A stretch of DNA of 64,000 nt from Entomortierella parvispora E1425 (taxonomy: Eukaryota > Fungi > Mortierellomycota), in assembly GCA_020891255.1 (NCBI GenBank), contig BQFW01000013.1, positions 186,001-250,000 on the forward strand, given 5' to 3'. The notes under the pieces are model-generated. The model did not search any database and was not told where the DNA came from. It saw only the letters and a list, made by a program, of their open reading frames with translations. Shown here piece after piece: positions 48,638 through 59,700 of the stretch. The position numbers and the translations under genes are program-made. The stretch's first letter is position 1. Each line of letters begins with the position of its first letter.

Positions 48638-50401
48638 CTAATGGAGAGCTTTTGCAATGCCCTCCAGTACGGCAACTAGACCTGCCGCACCAGCATCTTG
48701 GACCTTCTCGTGACCACCTCCCATATAGGCCGCACGACCGCGCATGGGTTTCATATTTGCAGTGGCCGCCGCTCCCTCTTTTGCAGCCTTAAGAGCATCC
48801 TCCATGTTGCCAGTGTTGGCCAGAGTATTCGCAAAAGGCTCAAGGGCATCAATCAAGGTTCGGTGTCCTGGGCGTGCCGTTGTGTACTTGTACAACGTGT
48901 TGTTCAATGCCTGCATCATGGCCTTTCCCCACACCTGTGGAGACAATGCTGTGGCACCTCCCCTGGTCTCGTCTTTCAGACTCTGGGCCAGACCGTCCAA
49001 AAACAGACAATAAATGATTCCAGAGGTACCACCCATGGAGGTCTCCAAGAGGGACGAGATACGCGCCAATGCAGCAGAGGGGTTGTTGAGAGGCAGTTCT
49101 GTTCGCTGAGCGGCATCGTACACGGCGGTGACACCCGATAGCAGCACCTCACCACAGTCACCATCGCCCATGATCTGGTCGAGTCGAGTCACTTCCGGCT
49201 CCTTGTTCACCACATTCTTGTATGCCGCGTCGATCGCCTCTTCCCAAAGGGCATTTGAAGCTGGTGTGAAAGTCCGGGCTGGTCCCTTTTCAAAGTCTTC
49301 CGTGCTTTCTGTATCCTTGGTAGCTTTGGTATGATTGATCCAACCAGGACAATGAGCTGGCTCGTCCAACAGCAACAAGATTTCCTGGCACTTGGCTTCG
49401 TCATCCTCAGGCAGCACCAGCAATGAGATACTGGCACCAGGCATGGCCAATCCGGTCATATAGGTTCCCGACAAGACGCGCTCAGCTCGAATACCACGAG
49501 CCTTCACAGCATCCACAGCCAACTTGGTCACCAAACCCATCTCCAAGTTGGAGGTTGCACCCAGGTTGTTGACAAAGACCACCACCCGAGTTTTGTCTTC
49601 CCTGCAAGACTTGAAAGGCCGACTCGAGGTAATGTGATCGACCAGACTCCGCACAAGAGATGTTGCAGGCTCCAGTTTTCTCTTTTCAAATCCAGGTTCG
49701 TTGTGGATACCCATGCCGACTTCTATCTCGTCGTCTTCCAAGGTTCGAGGAAATCCTTGACCGGGAACCGAGGCTGCATTGAGAGCACAGCCGATCGTAA
49801 ATGTATGGGCGGCAACGTATTCGGCCACCTCCTTGACCTTCTCAAGCGAACCTCCTTTGGCAGCACAGGCGCCTGCCAACTTGTAAACCAACACTGTGCC
49901 TGCCAATCCACGTCTGCCTACTCCTCCTTCGTCATCATCATTCTCGTTCACCACTCCGACATCGTCACCAACAACCACCATGGCGACTTTTGGCTGGGGC
50001 TTGCCCTGGTTGACATGCTCAGACTTGAACCTTTCCACCGCACGACCAAAGTTCAACACGTCGCCCGTGTAGTTCTTGATGACCACGAGCGTGCCTTTTT
50101 TGTCCGAGTAGCACCGACGCAAGCAGGAAAGAACCTGGGAGGACGAAGGGGACGCAAAGACGTGTCCCGAGACCGAGGCTGACAAGATACCCTGACCCAC
50201 AAACCCTGCGTGGGCAGGCTCATGACCCGCGCCTCCGCCACAAAAGAGGGTAACTTGACGCTCACGCAAGGAAGCCAGACCTTGAGAGTAGACAATTTTT
50301 TCCTTGTCATCCAGACGGAGGTGGGGGTTCGCAAACACCAAACCCTGGAGAGAGTCTCTGACGAGGGTCTTTGGATCGCTCGCAAAGTGCTTGCCGGACA
50401 T
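48638..50401 (-). CDS. DAK1: Dihydroxyacetone kinase (DhaK-DhaL fusion)
   Basis: GGGAGHEPAH, KNYTGD.LNFG, VGRRGLAGTV, GMGIHNEPG, GDGDCG, MGGTSG, GHRTLIDAL, GRAAY, DAGA. Confidence 0.96.
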   Translation of the reverse strand: MSGKHFASDPKTLVRDSLQGLVFANPHLRLDDKEKIVYSQGLASLRERQVTLFCGGGAGHEPAHAGFVGQGILSASVSGHVFASPSSSQVLSCLRRCYSDKKGTLVVIKNYTGDVLNFGRAVERFKSEHVNQGKPQPKVAMVVVGDDVGVVNENDDDEGGVGRRGLAGTVLVYKLAGACAAKGGSLEKVKEVAEYVAAHTFTIGCALNAASVPGQGFPRTLEDDEIEVGMGIHNEPGFEKRKLEPATSLVRSLVDHITSSRPFKSCREDKTRVVVFVNNLGATSNLEMGLVTKLAVDAVKARGIRAERVLSGTYMTGLAMPGASISLLVLPEDDEAKCQEILLLLDEPAHCPGWINHTKATKDTESTEDFEKGPARTFTPASNALWEEAIDAAYKNVVNKEPEVTRLDQIMGDGDCGEVLLSGVTAVYDAAQRTELPLNNPSAALARISSLLETSMGGTSGIIYCLFLDGLAQSLKDETRGGATALSPQVWGKAMMQALNNTLYKYTTARPGHRTLIDALEPFANTLANTGNMEDALKAAKEGAAATANMKPMRGRAAYMGGGHEKVQDAGAAGLVAVLEGIAKALH

Positions 50402-50829
50402 GGTTAAGGAAGGCTGCTGTACTGGTTTTTCGTGTTGCGCGTGGGAAAGTGATTGGCAGGCAAGAAGAGGCGAAAAGGACTGGATAATAGTAAAGGATTC
50501 AAGTCAAAGGGGACAGGGGACCAGCTTTTCGGGGACGTTCTTGTGGTGCTGAGGGAATCTTGGAGGGTTCGTGAGAAAGGAATGTTCTTTCATGGGCGTC
50601 GCTTTCTTTTTCGCATGCGGCGAGGCGTGTCGACTGGATGCATACCCTTAAGCGACCTGACCCAGCCTTATTTTCCCAACGGTCCTTTGTGTGCCTGCCA
50701 CTGTTGCCTGTGGATCTGAGTGAAGTAGTCCCGTTTATTAAACACCACTGAAGAAGGTCAAAAAGAATGAATGCAAGGTGAAGAGGGTATATAGGGCAGT
50801 ATTGAAAGCAGGGACCAGATGTAGGGGAC

Positions 50830-51895
50830 TCAGTTATGTCGGAATAGCTTCATGCCAAGCCAGTTGAAGAGAACTGCAAGTACCGTTACCGGGATGGTCA
50901 CCGGTACGAGCATGCAGTAGTGGCTATCCTGTTTGATCCAGTCCAGCGTCTAATGGTTGGGTTGTTAGGGGGTCAAAGGGGTCAGCATACATCCTTTTAC
51001 TTGAGTTGACGCTCACCATCAAGATGTTCTGTTCCAGTTGCCTTACCTTGTTTCCTGTCATTGGCATATAGTTGCTGGCCACCAGTGCATACATGCTAAT
51101 CGTAAAGCCGACCATGGTCGAAAAGAACAACAGGTAGCCCCAGAGATAGGTTGTGTCTGGTTCTTGATCTGAGATTAGAGTCGTAAACCTCCTGGTATGA
51201 TGCGGGGTATTAGGCGCCTTGGACCGATGTACATTTGGGGTTGACGCGGTAGAGGATGAAAACGATGTATTGTTGATGGTTGCTCCACCTGTTGCTCCAG
51301 AGTCCACCCCTCTTAATCCCCGAGAGTCGCCATTCAACTGTGGTAGCTTTGAGGAAGAGGATGTAGAGGAGACTCGTCGACGACGAAGCAATAATCCCTC
51401 TAGATCGCTTGGTGTACGGTGGTGTTGGTGATGTGACGAAGAATGCGCGTATGAGAGAGACTGAGGTCTTGAGGCGAGTGCTTGCTGCGACCTGCTATTG
51501 TGGTTAGTGTTGTGTAGCGTTGAAGAGAGGGAGAAGGGCGAGGAATTGAGGTCGTGTGAGGCATGTTGTTGATGCGTTGGCCACAGAGGTCCGTTGTTGC
51601 TATTTGGGCCGATATGGTTGGAGCTGAAGCCATTGCTATGGTGGTACTGCATCGAGACTGAAGAGGGAAGGCTGTGGAAGGTGTCTCGTCTGTGCTCAAG
51701 GTACCCTGCAGAGTAGGCAGCCCCGTTGGACACGGACCGAGAGGTCAGCGGAAGAGCAATGTTGAGAGGCGAGGGTTGATGCGGTGGCTGTTTGCGGTGG
51801 GGCGACTGTGCGGACGATGAGGATGCAGGTGGCCCGTCGAGTGGATGTGGACCTTCAGCATCGGATGCTGCAGGCTGGTCTGTAGTGGAAGGCAT
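50830..51895 (-). CDS. PIG-Y/Eri1-domain protein (GPI-GlcNAc transferase subunit) with long disordered N-terminus
   Basis: TM1 YLWGYLLFFSTMVGFTISMYALV, intron after GNK, then exon 2 TLDWIKQDSHYCMLVPVTIPVTVLAVLFNWLGMKLFRHN*, the characteristic PIG-Y C-terminus. Confidence 0.85.
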
Positions 51896-52474
51896 AGAGT
51901 AGTCAGGCAGACAGGCAGGCAGGCAAGCAGACAGGCAAGCAGACAGACAGACAGACAAGGATGGAGGCGACCGAAAGAGAGCGAATGCATGCATGCATCC
52001 TCTTTCGAAGGAGAGACAACAGGTTCGGACGAGCAAAGCCACCGAGCCGCCTCTTGGGAAAAGATCACCTTCGGAGTGTTTATTGTGCGGAGATCATCCC
52101 TTTGCTTTGGCTGACCCTGTCCTCGGCATCTGTTCCCTCTCTCTCTCTCTTTCGTCTCTTTTCACTCTCTTTTCCCTCTCTTGTCCCTTCACTGTCCTCC
52201 TACTGTCTCTCCTGCTACTGCCATTCACTCGGGATTGACCCTCTACTGTTGGATTCATCTGGCTCGGTAGGCATCTGTTCATCTCGGACGTGATCGATAC
52301 ATCCGGTGCCTGATTCATTCCGCTAACATTCTCTCTTGACCTTGCAGCGATCACAGCCATTTCCTCGATTCGGCTCGACTTGTACCCTGTTTCTGCAGCC
52401 TACTTTGGATCGATTGAACGGACAGAGCACATATACCAGCATAGGCGGAGGAGCAGGGAGAACGCGGTTCACAG

Positions 52475-55315
52475 ATGCATGCTGCCACCTCCAAGCGGAT
52501 AATCCAGGCCGGAGCTCGGTCATGGGATAGTCAACTGGCAGCATCCATGATCCGCCTGTTCACGGCTCGACACCGCCTCGGCAACCACCACCCTATGGCA
52601 TGCAGTGTGGCACCACATCAAATGCCTGCACAAAGGAGGGCGATCTACCATTCCGCTGCAGGGGCTATGCTGGATTACGATCCGTCAGCTGTCTCCCAAC
52701 GCAGCTCGTCCGGAAAACGGTCAGAGGAACCAACGCAGCCTCGCCTCACCATCGGAAGTTTTCTCGCACCACCAGGGACCGAGAAACACCCTAATCCATA
52801 CGAGACTATTGCAGACAGCTTCAAGGAAAAGGACGACTCTAACTTCCGGACACTTTGGGATCGAGACAGTCCCAACGCCCACGATCCAGTCTCTCCAGTG
52901 CAAATGATGAAGGAGGCCGTCGCCTCTGGAAGTGCTCGTCAAGTTTGGCATACCTACAGTCGATTGCGGAGGATGAGAAAGGGCGAAGACTGTTGGTTCA
53001 GGTCATCGAAGCTGTACTTCACGATGTTGCACTGTCTTCAACGCTCCAGAATACCGGAATCTTCCCAGTGGGCTACGGAGATCTATGGGGAGATGGCTCG
53101 ACACCATTCCCCCAAGATCCAGACTCTCAACACCGTTCTGGATATTTTGGTCCGCCACAGTGACAACCTCCAAGTGGCTGTCGATTTTTTCCACAGGGAG
53201 GCCGACCGTTTCAACATCTCACCGACAGTTCGAAGCTATAATATTATCATCCGCGGATTGGCCACAGGCGGTCAACTTGAAGAGGCCATCAAAATGTATG
53301 AGGACATGCGCTCAGGGGCCATTCAAGCTCGACCAGACATTACTACCTACTCAACCATCGTCGGCATCTATACCCGCAAGAATATGCATGATCAGGCGGA
53401 CGCAATTCTGAAAGACATGCTGAACGACAATGTCAAGCCCAACATGTGGATCTTCAATACAGCGATCAGTCGATTGGTGAAAAAGAAGGATTTCGCTGGC
53501 GCACGCAGGGTTATGAATCTCATGGAAAGCCAGGAGCGAAAGCCTGATGTCATTACCTACTCGACTCTCATCGACGGCTATGCAGAGGATGGAAACGAGG
53601 AAGAGATTGCCAAGATCCAAGCTGAGATGGCTCTAAACCATGTCTATCCTAATGCAAGGACGATCACCAGTACCATCAAGGTCTTTGCCAAATCCAACCT
53701 GGATTCCGAGATTGATGCACGTTTGGAGGCCATCATGAAGTCTCTGCCCACAGGAGAAATGAACGAGCTGACATTTGGCGTACTGATGAACGTTTATGGG
53801 AAACGCAAGGATCTCGAGGCTGCTATGGGCATTTATGATCATATCTCCTCCAAGGGACGTGTAGTTAACGATGTGATCGTCAACTCATTGCTGGACGGGC
53901 ACGTACGTGCGGACAAAATTACAATGGCCAACAAGATCTTTCACGACCACTTTACTGTCCGACAGGCCCGTCCCACGTCTTCACTGACATATAGTATCAT
54001 GATTACTGGGTGTTGCAAGCAAGGAAACCTCAGGGACGCGTTGCACTATTATCATCAGATGAACCTCTTCCAGATCGACCCCGATTCGGTCGTCTGCAGT
54101 CGCCTTATTCAGCTCTACCTGCAGCACCATCAACTTGAAAACGCCCAAAATATGCTTCGACTCATGCGGAACACGTCCCTGGATGTCTCTGTACACACCT
54201 TCACAATGATGATTGACTATCTGTCCAACGTCCAGGACAACCGTGGTGCGCTCCGGTGCTATCAGCAGATGGTCGATGACGGTGTCAAGCCTGATGTCCA
54301 TTGTTATACGGTCCTTATCAATGCGCACATGAGGGCTAAAAACTACATGGCCTGTGACCAGACGTACGAGCGGATGATCAAGGCTGGGATCCATCCAACC
54401 CTCGAAACCTTTACGTCCATGGTCCACGTTCACTCGAAACAAAACAACATCTACAAGCTCAAGGACTACTGGATGGCCATGATGGAGTCAGGACTGCTCC
54501 CAGATATCAAATCGTTCACGCTCTTGCTACAGAGCTATGGGCAGCAAGGCAACATTGAGATGGTCGAGTTTATCTACAAGGAGATCATCAGAAGCAAAAT
54601 TCCGATGGATGCCATTACTCTCACAACAGTAGCAAGCGCGTACGCCGCGTTGCCGAACCTGAATATCGCGAGACTGGATGATATTTGGGCCACCATGGAG
54701 GATTTGGACTTGCAGCCGACGCCCGAGTATTTTAAACGGCTCTTGGATGCCTATGGAGAACGTGCGCTGCCTGACAGAGTCATCAAGCTATGGCAGCAGT
54801 CGCAGACTCTGGCCAGGCCTCTGTGCTGGGTCCCGTCCCAAAGTAATCTGCTTCACCTGATCGAAGCGTGTAGGGAAAGAGGAAACATGGAGACGTTGCA
54901 TTCAGTGTGGCGTGCGGCCACCGTCGGGATGTATTGGCCACCGATCACTGTTGAACCGCGGGAACACTATGGAGATGATAACGCTCTGGATGAACACCAC
55001 CTTGGCTCTGATGGTACCGCTGGAAAGAGCAAAAAGATTAGAATGCTCCGACCTGAACCACCAGTGTTTACCGCCTACTTGAACGCACTGTTGACCCACA
55101 ATCGCTTCTCTGAGATTGAACAATTGCTCGAAGAGGGGTGTGACCAGATGAAGATTCGACCCAGAACCAAGGATTTCGAGCTGTTGTTTACCGGGCTGGC
55201 TCAATACGGCTTCTTGGCGACGGAACTGAACAAGATGCGAACGATTGTGTTGGCCAAATGGCCCCAAGTTGAGGCGCTGGTGGACACCATTATCCGGGAT
55301 ACACGCAAAATATAG
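52475..55315 (+). CDS. Pentatricopeptide-repeat protein, probably mitochondrial
   Basis: Tandem ~35-aa repeats, e.g. TVRSYNIIIRGLATGGQLEEAIKMYEDM, DITTYSTIVGIY, DVITYSTLIDGY, DVHCYTVLINAH; Arg-rich presequence-like N-terminus. The true start may be a downstream Met. Confidence 0.93.
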   Translation: MHAATSKRIIQAGARSWDSQLAASMIRLFTARHRLGNHHPMACSVAPHQMPAQRRAIYHSAAGAMLDYDPSAVSQRSSSGKRSEEPTQPRLTIGSFLAPPGTEKHPNPYETIADSFKEKDDSNFRTLWDRDSPNAHDPVSPVQMMKEAVASGSARQVWHTYSRLRRMRKGEDCWFRSSKLYFTMLHCLQRSRIPESSQWATEIYGEMARHHSPKIQTLNTVLDILVRHSDNLQVAVDFFHREADRFNISPTVRSYNIIIRGLATGGQLEEAIKMYEDMRSGAIQARPDITTYSTIVGIYTRKNMHDQADAILKDMLNDNVKPNMWIFNTAISRLVKKKDFAGARRVMNLMESQERKPDVITYSTLIDGYAEDGNEEEIAKIQAEMALNHVYPNARTITSTIKVFAKSNLDSEIDARLEAIMKSLPTGEMNELTFGVLMNVYGKRKDLEAAMGIYDHISSKGRVVNDVIVNSLLDGHVRADKITMANKIFHDHFTVRQARPTSSLTYSIMITGCCKQGNLRDALHYYHQMNLFQIDPDSVVCSRLIQLYLQHHQLENAQNMLRLMRNTSLDVSVHTFTMMIDYLSNVQDNRGALRCYQQMVDDGVKPDVHCYTVLINAHMRAKNYMACDQTYERMIKAGIHPTLETFTSMVHVHSKQNNIYKLKDYWMAMMESGLLPDIKSFTLLLQSYGQQGNIEMVEFIYKEIIRSKIPMDAITLTTVASAYAALPNLNIARLDDIWATMEDLDLQPTPEYFKRLLDAYGERALPDRVIKLWQQSQTLARPLCWVPSQSNLLHLIEACRERGNMETLHSVWRAATVGMYWPPITVEPREHYGDDNALDEHHLGSDGTAGKSKKIRMLRPEPPVFTAYLNALLTHNRFSEIEQLLEEGCDQMKIRPRTKDFELLFTGLAQYGFLATELNKMRTIVLAKWPQVEALVDTIIRDTRKI

Positions 55316-55802
55316 AATATAGACGCTCGCGCACGAAATATCACTCACGTACCGATCTCCATTGTACTTTTTTTCCAATTCTTGGTTACATATTGAAGGC
55401 ATGTTCCGAAAAAGCGACTGGCTTTGAAAGAATGTATGAAAGCCTGGGTCAGAGTCGCCCTGAGTTATTTGCAGATCTCTTTATTCCCTCAGTGGATTCC
55501 TTCCTAGGATGGCTTTTGTATTGTGGCAACGAGACTTTAAAATACCATCGGACAATCTGGAGCGTGGGATGGTCTCTTTTTGACATGGATTAACAATGGA
55601 GCCGCTGAAAAGAGGTCAAAGTTTGAGAAACGAAGATGAACGAACAAAAGCAAATACAAGGGCCGTAATGGCCCATTCGGCCTTTTTCTTTCTTTGACCC
55701 GCTCCGCCGGCAATCATGTTGTGCACCACAATGCACCTTTACTCCCCGGCGATCACAATAAAGGACCGTGATCTCGCGTAACTTGCGTAACACGTCCCAG
55801 TC

Positions 55803-55809
55803 TATAAAA
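55803..55809 (+). promoter_or_regulatory. TATA box of the Cys/His microprotein gene
   Basis: TATAAAA followed by a pyrimidine-rich leader, a putative 5'UTR intron (55923-56013, GTAACA..CTAAC..TAG) and ATG at 56032. Confidence 0.65.
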
Positions 55810-56031
55810 CCTACCGGGCCCGTCCTTAGCTCCCTTCTTTTTTCCTCCTCCTCCTCACCCCTCCATCTTCTCACGCGCCCACTCGCATATTCTTCAACCA
55901 ACCGCACCTTGTCCCAAAACACGTAACAGCTCCAACTCTAGTACGCATTGTTGAATCGATTGCGTCTATCTTGTCCTTCAGCTCTAACCCCCTCCAATCA
56001 CTTTCAATCCTAGGCACCTTTCCAAGACACC

Positions 56032-56250
56032 ATGACACTCTCCAACATCTCTGCCTCTCCTTCGGCTTCCTCAAACGGTTGCAGCCACGGCCATCACCAG
56101 CACCCTGATCTGGTCAACTTTGCTTCAGACATGGGAGGCAACCCGGGCGTCAACGTCCTCTGCGTCAAGTGCTTGATCGCCCATCCTGATTCCAAGATCT
56201 GCTCCAAGTGCTCCCTCTGCCTGGACCGCTGCTGCAGCTGCCCCAAGTAA
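56032..56250 (+). CDS. 72-aa Cys/His-rich microprotein (candidate metal- or Fe-S-binding)
   Basis: All 9 Cys are TGC and all Lys are AAG; acaccATG context; TATA box and 5'UTR intron upstream; lies in the gap between the PPR and carrier genes. Confidence 0.8.
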   Translation: MTLSNISASPSASSNGCSHGHHQHPDLVNFASDMGGNPGVNVLCVKCLIAHPDSKICSKCSLCLDRCCSCPK

Positions 56251-56769
56251 TTCAAGGGGAAAAAAAACGGCGAGCTGACATCAGGATCAAAATGTACATT
56301 TTTTTTTGTTCCGAGGCATCTCGCAGCGGAGATACCGCTTTGCCCCTCCCGTCAACTTGAATTACTTACTATCAATGAACCCCTCTAAATCCTGGATACC
56401 ACCCCTTCAACAATGAAGGGGAACTTTATGAGTCTCGACAAAAAAAAGGAAAGGCGCCACAGCCACCACACGTATCGCAGGATTTGTCCACAAATAAATG
56501 ATGAAAAGAAAAGAACCACCACGGATGAATTCCTCCGCATCTTTCATTCTTGCGACAAAGAAGGCCGACATGTTTGTTAGGGATCAGAAGGGTGGGTAAA
56601 AATACAAGGAGATATTTATCGCAGAAAAATGAATTACAAAAGACAAAGGAAAACAAAGAATCAATCTATCAAAATTGTCTATGTTGCTCGACACACAAAA
56701 AAAAGAAAATAACAGGGCGGCCAGCAATGGTAATGGAGGAGGTCAGTTGGCTGGTACATGAAAGAAAAT

Positions 56770-57644
56770 CTAATTTAAGCTCACAGCCATCTCCGTCTTT
56801 TCATACTCTCTCTCCCTTTCTTGGAATACTCGTTCCAAGCCTTCATAACCTCCAGCCGCCGTCAGCTCCATCAATTCCTGTTCCCTAGCCGCCTGCAGTT
56901 CCTGTCGGCGCTCCAACTCTCGTTCCGCCATCATCTGATCCAAATAGCAAGCCATTTCTCGGTCCTCACTCTCATACCGCCTGGCATCCAGCTTTCGCTT
57001 CATCACCTCAAATACCAGGAATCCAACACTGGCTGCTGGGACCGCACGGATCGCCGTGGCACCAAAGCTCGAAAACAAGAACCTTCTCCAGCCACCTCCC
57101 TGTTGCGCCTGATATTTGCATTCCTGCCAAGTCATTTGATACAGTTGGGACGAGATTGAAGTGCCAGAGCGCATGGAGGACGAATTGAGATGTTGACTGT
57201 GAGGCGAAGGCGCAAGTCGCTCGCGCTGTGCCTGGAGTTCAGCCTCTTTGGCGTAAAAGATGGCGCGAACCTGTTCCATTGGGTAGTCGATGGCTTGGTA
57301 GGCAACAGCAGCTGCAGCTCCAGCCAAGAGGACAAAGGTTGGCTCGAGTAAAAAGTATGGTCTTTCTTCCTTCTCTGACTGCGACAATGACGTTGAGGTA
57401 ACGAGAACGGGCGCTGGTGCTGTAGAAGCCGAGGGTGTGGTGGCGGATATAGATTTGCCATTGTCCGTGTTCTCTGACGAGGCGTTAGCGTCATAGAGAT
57501 TATAGTCGGCATTCATCTTTGCCTTCAATGCCTCCATATCTTCCCGGATTCCGTACAGCTCGTCGATAAAGTAATAGTATCCCTGCTGCTTCACCCACTC
57601 GAACACTCCAAAGAAGAGTCCACAGGCCAAAGAGTCCTAAACAC

Positions 57645-57680
<36 letters not shown>

Positions 57681-58696
57681 ACAAAACATTGGCAAAACAT
57701 TCCCACAGACCTTGCACTACAAACCATGACCTGGATCCACCCAAAGGACAACATACCTTGACAAGAGTCAGCGCAAATCCACGGTAGACAGTCTTCATTC
57801 CCAGCTCCTTCAGTGTGGTGATAGCAAAACTAGCCATGCTCTTGTGTTTGCCTCCATGAGCCAAGTCCTGAACCTGGAACTTGACTTTTAACGAGTCCAT
57901 TGGGGCTGCGACCAAGCTCTGTGCCGCTCCTGCCAACGCTCCTGCCATGAACACCGCTGTGAAAGGTGGAGGGGGAAACGTCCTTGACTTTTGATATGTG
58001 AATGCAGGATGAAAGATGGGTAATGTGAAGATATAGGTCGTGTACAGCACCGATCCGATGAAAGAGTTCATGATTAAAGGTGGCAGCACTTGTCGATACA
58101 CGAATCCAGCTCCTTGGGTCCTGATCGCATGAGCGACCATCCCGATCGAAGTTGCTCGAAAGAACTGCGAGCGTTTCGAAAGCTGCCTGTTGGCCTCGGT
58201 GGCGATCAAGCGGTTGGCGGGTGTGGGGATCATTCCCATGGTGGCCGCACGAGCCATGACCAGGTAGTCGACGCGCATGGGGCGAAACAACTGGAGACAG
58301 GCAAGCACATAAGATGAAGTCAGTGCGTGATCCATTGAAATAAAAAAAAGGGCAAGCAAGATCGGCATGACGAAAACAATGTGTCACCTTGATCGGTACC
58401 CTGTACCAGAACTGCAGGGCTTGGAGCAGCATTGAACGGGCAACGGCCGTGGGTACACCCACGGTGGCGGAGCCACGGACGGTATCCTTGTCGCCATGCT
58501 CAATAACAGAGGAGGCGACGATGGGGCTCTTTGCACCTTGTGTCTTGGACGGTGAACTGTGGCGACTGGATTGGGATGATGAAGTAGGGAGTGCAGCAGG
58601 GCTGGAAAGCACCGACTGTGGCTGTTGAGGGGAGACAAGGACATAGACGCCTGAGGGTATTGTGGTGGCGATGGCCTGTTGATGAGGGATGATCAT
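56770..58696 (-). CDS. Divergent mitochondrial carrier family protein
   Basis: Exons 58696-58388, 58290-57757 and 57636-56770. Motifs APMDSLKVKF, YRGF..TLVK|DSLACGLFFGVFE, YPMEQVR, IRAVPAASVGFLVFE; first repeat RVPIK|LFRPMRVDY. Confidence 0.88.
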
Positions 58697-59205
58697 GAAG
58701 AGCAAATGTGTGTACTGGGGTAATTCATTAGGAGGGGCAAGGAAATAAAGGAATGCCAAAGAAAAAACAAAAAAAAAAGGTCCGAGGACAGAGAAAAGGG
58801 AGAGAGGGGAGAGAGATCGGGAGAGACAGCGAAAGCGGCGATGGGGATCAAAGACAGAAAGACAGACGCTGAATCCCGAGTGGGGATGGGTGGATGTGCG
58901 AAGTGAATGGACGAAAGCAAGGAGAATGCAACAACGCAACGCACGGAATCGGAAGGATGCAGTCGGACCAAAGGTCCATCCGTCCAGGAACAGCCACACT
59001 CTGCCCGAGAGAGAGTCGGAGGGGAGGGACCCCCAAAAAAGATAAAAGAAAGATGAGCCAAAAAAAAACGGAGTTTGCCACCAATCACCATTCCAGTCAA
59101 GAATGGAAATTTTTTTTTATTTTTTTTTCTTTCTCTTCTGTGTGCGCTGTCTGCTGTCTGCTTCTTTGCCACATGCTGCTACATTGCGTTCACTCGCTTC
59201 GCCCT

Positions 59206-59700
59206 TCAGAGCTCCTTCTCGTACGGTTGCTTCTTCTCATCAGGATAATACTCGTCCGTCGCCTCAAAGAACACTTCCACAACCTCCTCGCCTCGATCGT
59301 TGGACGAGTAGCCCTCCTCCTTCATCCATTTGCGGAACTTGTCCACCTTGCCGCGGGTCTTGTCGTCCGCCTTTGCGTATTCCTCCGTCGCCACAATGGC
59401 ATCAATCTCGGCACTGACTCGGATAAAGATCTTTTGGTGCAATTCCTCCTTTGCCTGCTTCTTGGTTCGCTTGTACTCGGCCTCGGCCACGTCGACCGCC
59501 GCCCTGTCGTTGTGGGACTGGTCCTTTACTTGCCTGTACTTGATCTCGGCCTCCTCAGTGGCACACTTATACTCGGTCTTGTACTCCTTGGCCTCGACCT
59601 TGAGAGAGCCCTTGCGATCCTTGATCAATACTTTGAGTGCTGCCCTGTTCTCCTTCTCAGAATCGGTCAAAGAGGAAGAGGAGCAAAAGTAGCTGAACAT
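59206..59700 (-). CDS. Small helical protein of unknown family, paralog B (164 aa)
   Basis: Intact ORF homologous to 47430..47879, with one extra ~21-aa helical unit. Confidence 0.85.
   Translation of the reverse strand: MFSYFCSSSSLTDSEKENRAALKVLIKDRKGSLKVEAKEYKTEYKCATEEAEIKYRQVKDQSHNDRAAVDVAEAEYKRTKKQAKEELHQKIFIRVSAEIDAIVATEEYAKADDKTRGKVDKFRKWMKEEGYSSNDRGEEVVEVFFEATDEYYPDEKKQPYEKEL

Noticed and set aside
48540-48640. Possible stop readthrough or peroxisomal extension of DAK1
   Set aside because: The stop is TAG GAT, not the TGA CTA context, and the extension does not end in a PTS1.
59206-59220. EKEL C-terminus of paralog B as an ER-retention signal
   Set aside because: No signal peptide, and paralog A lacks it.
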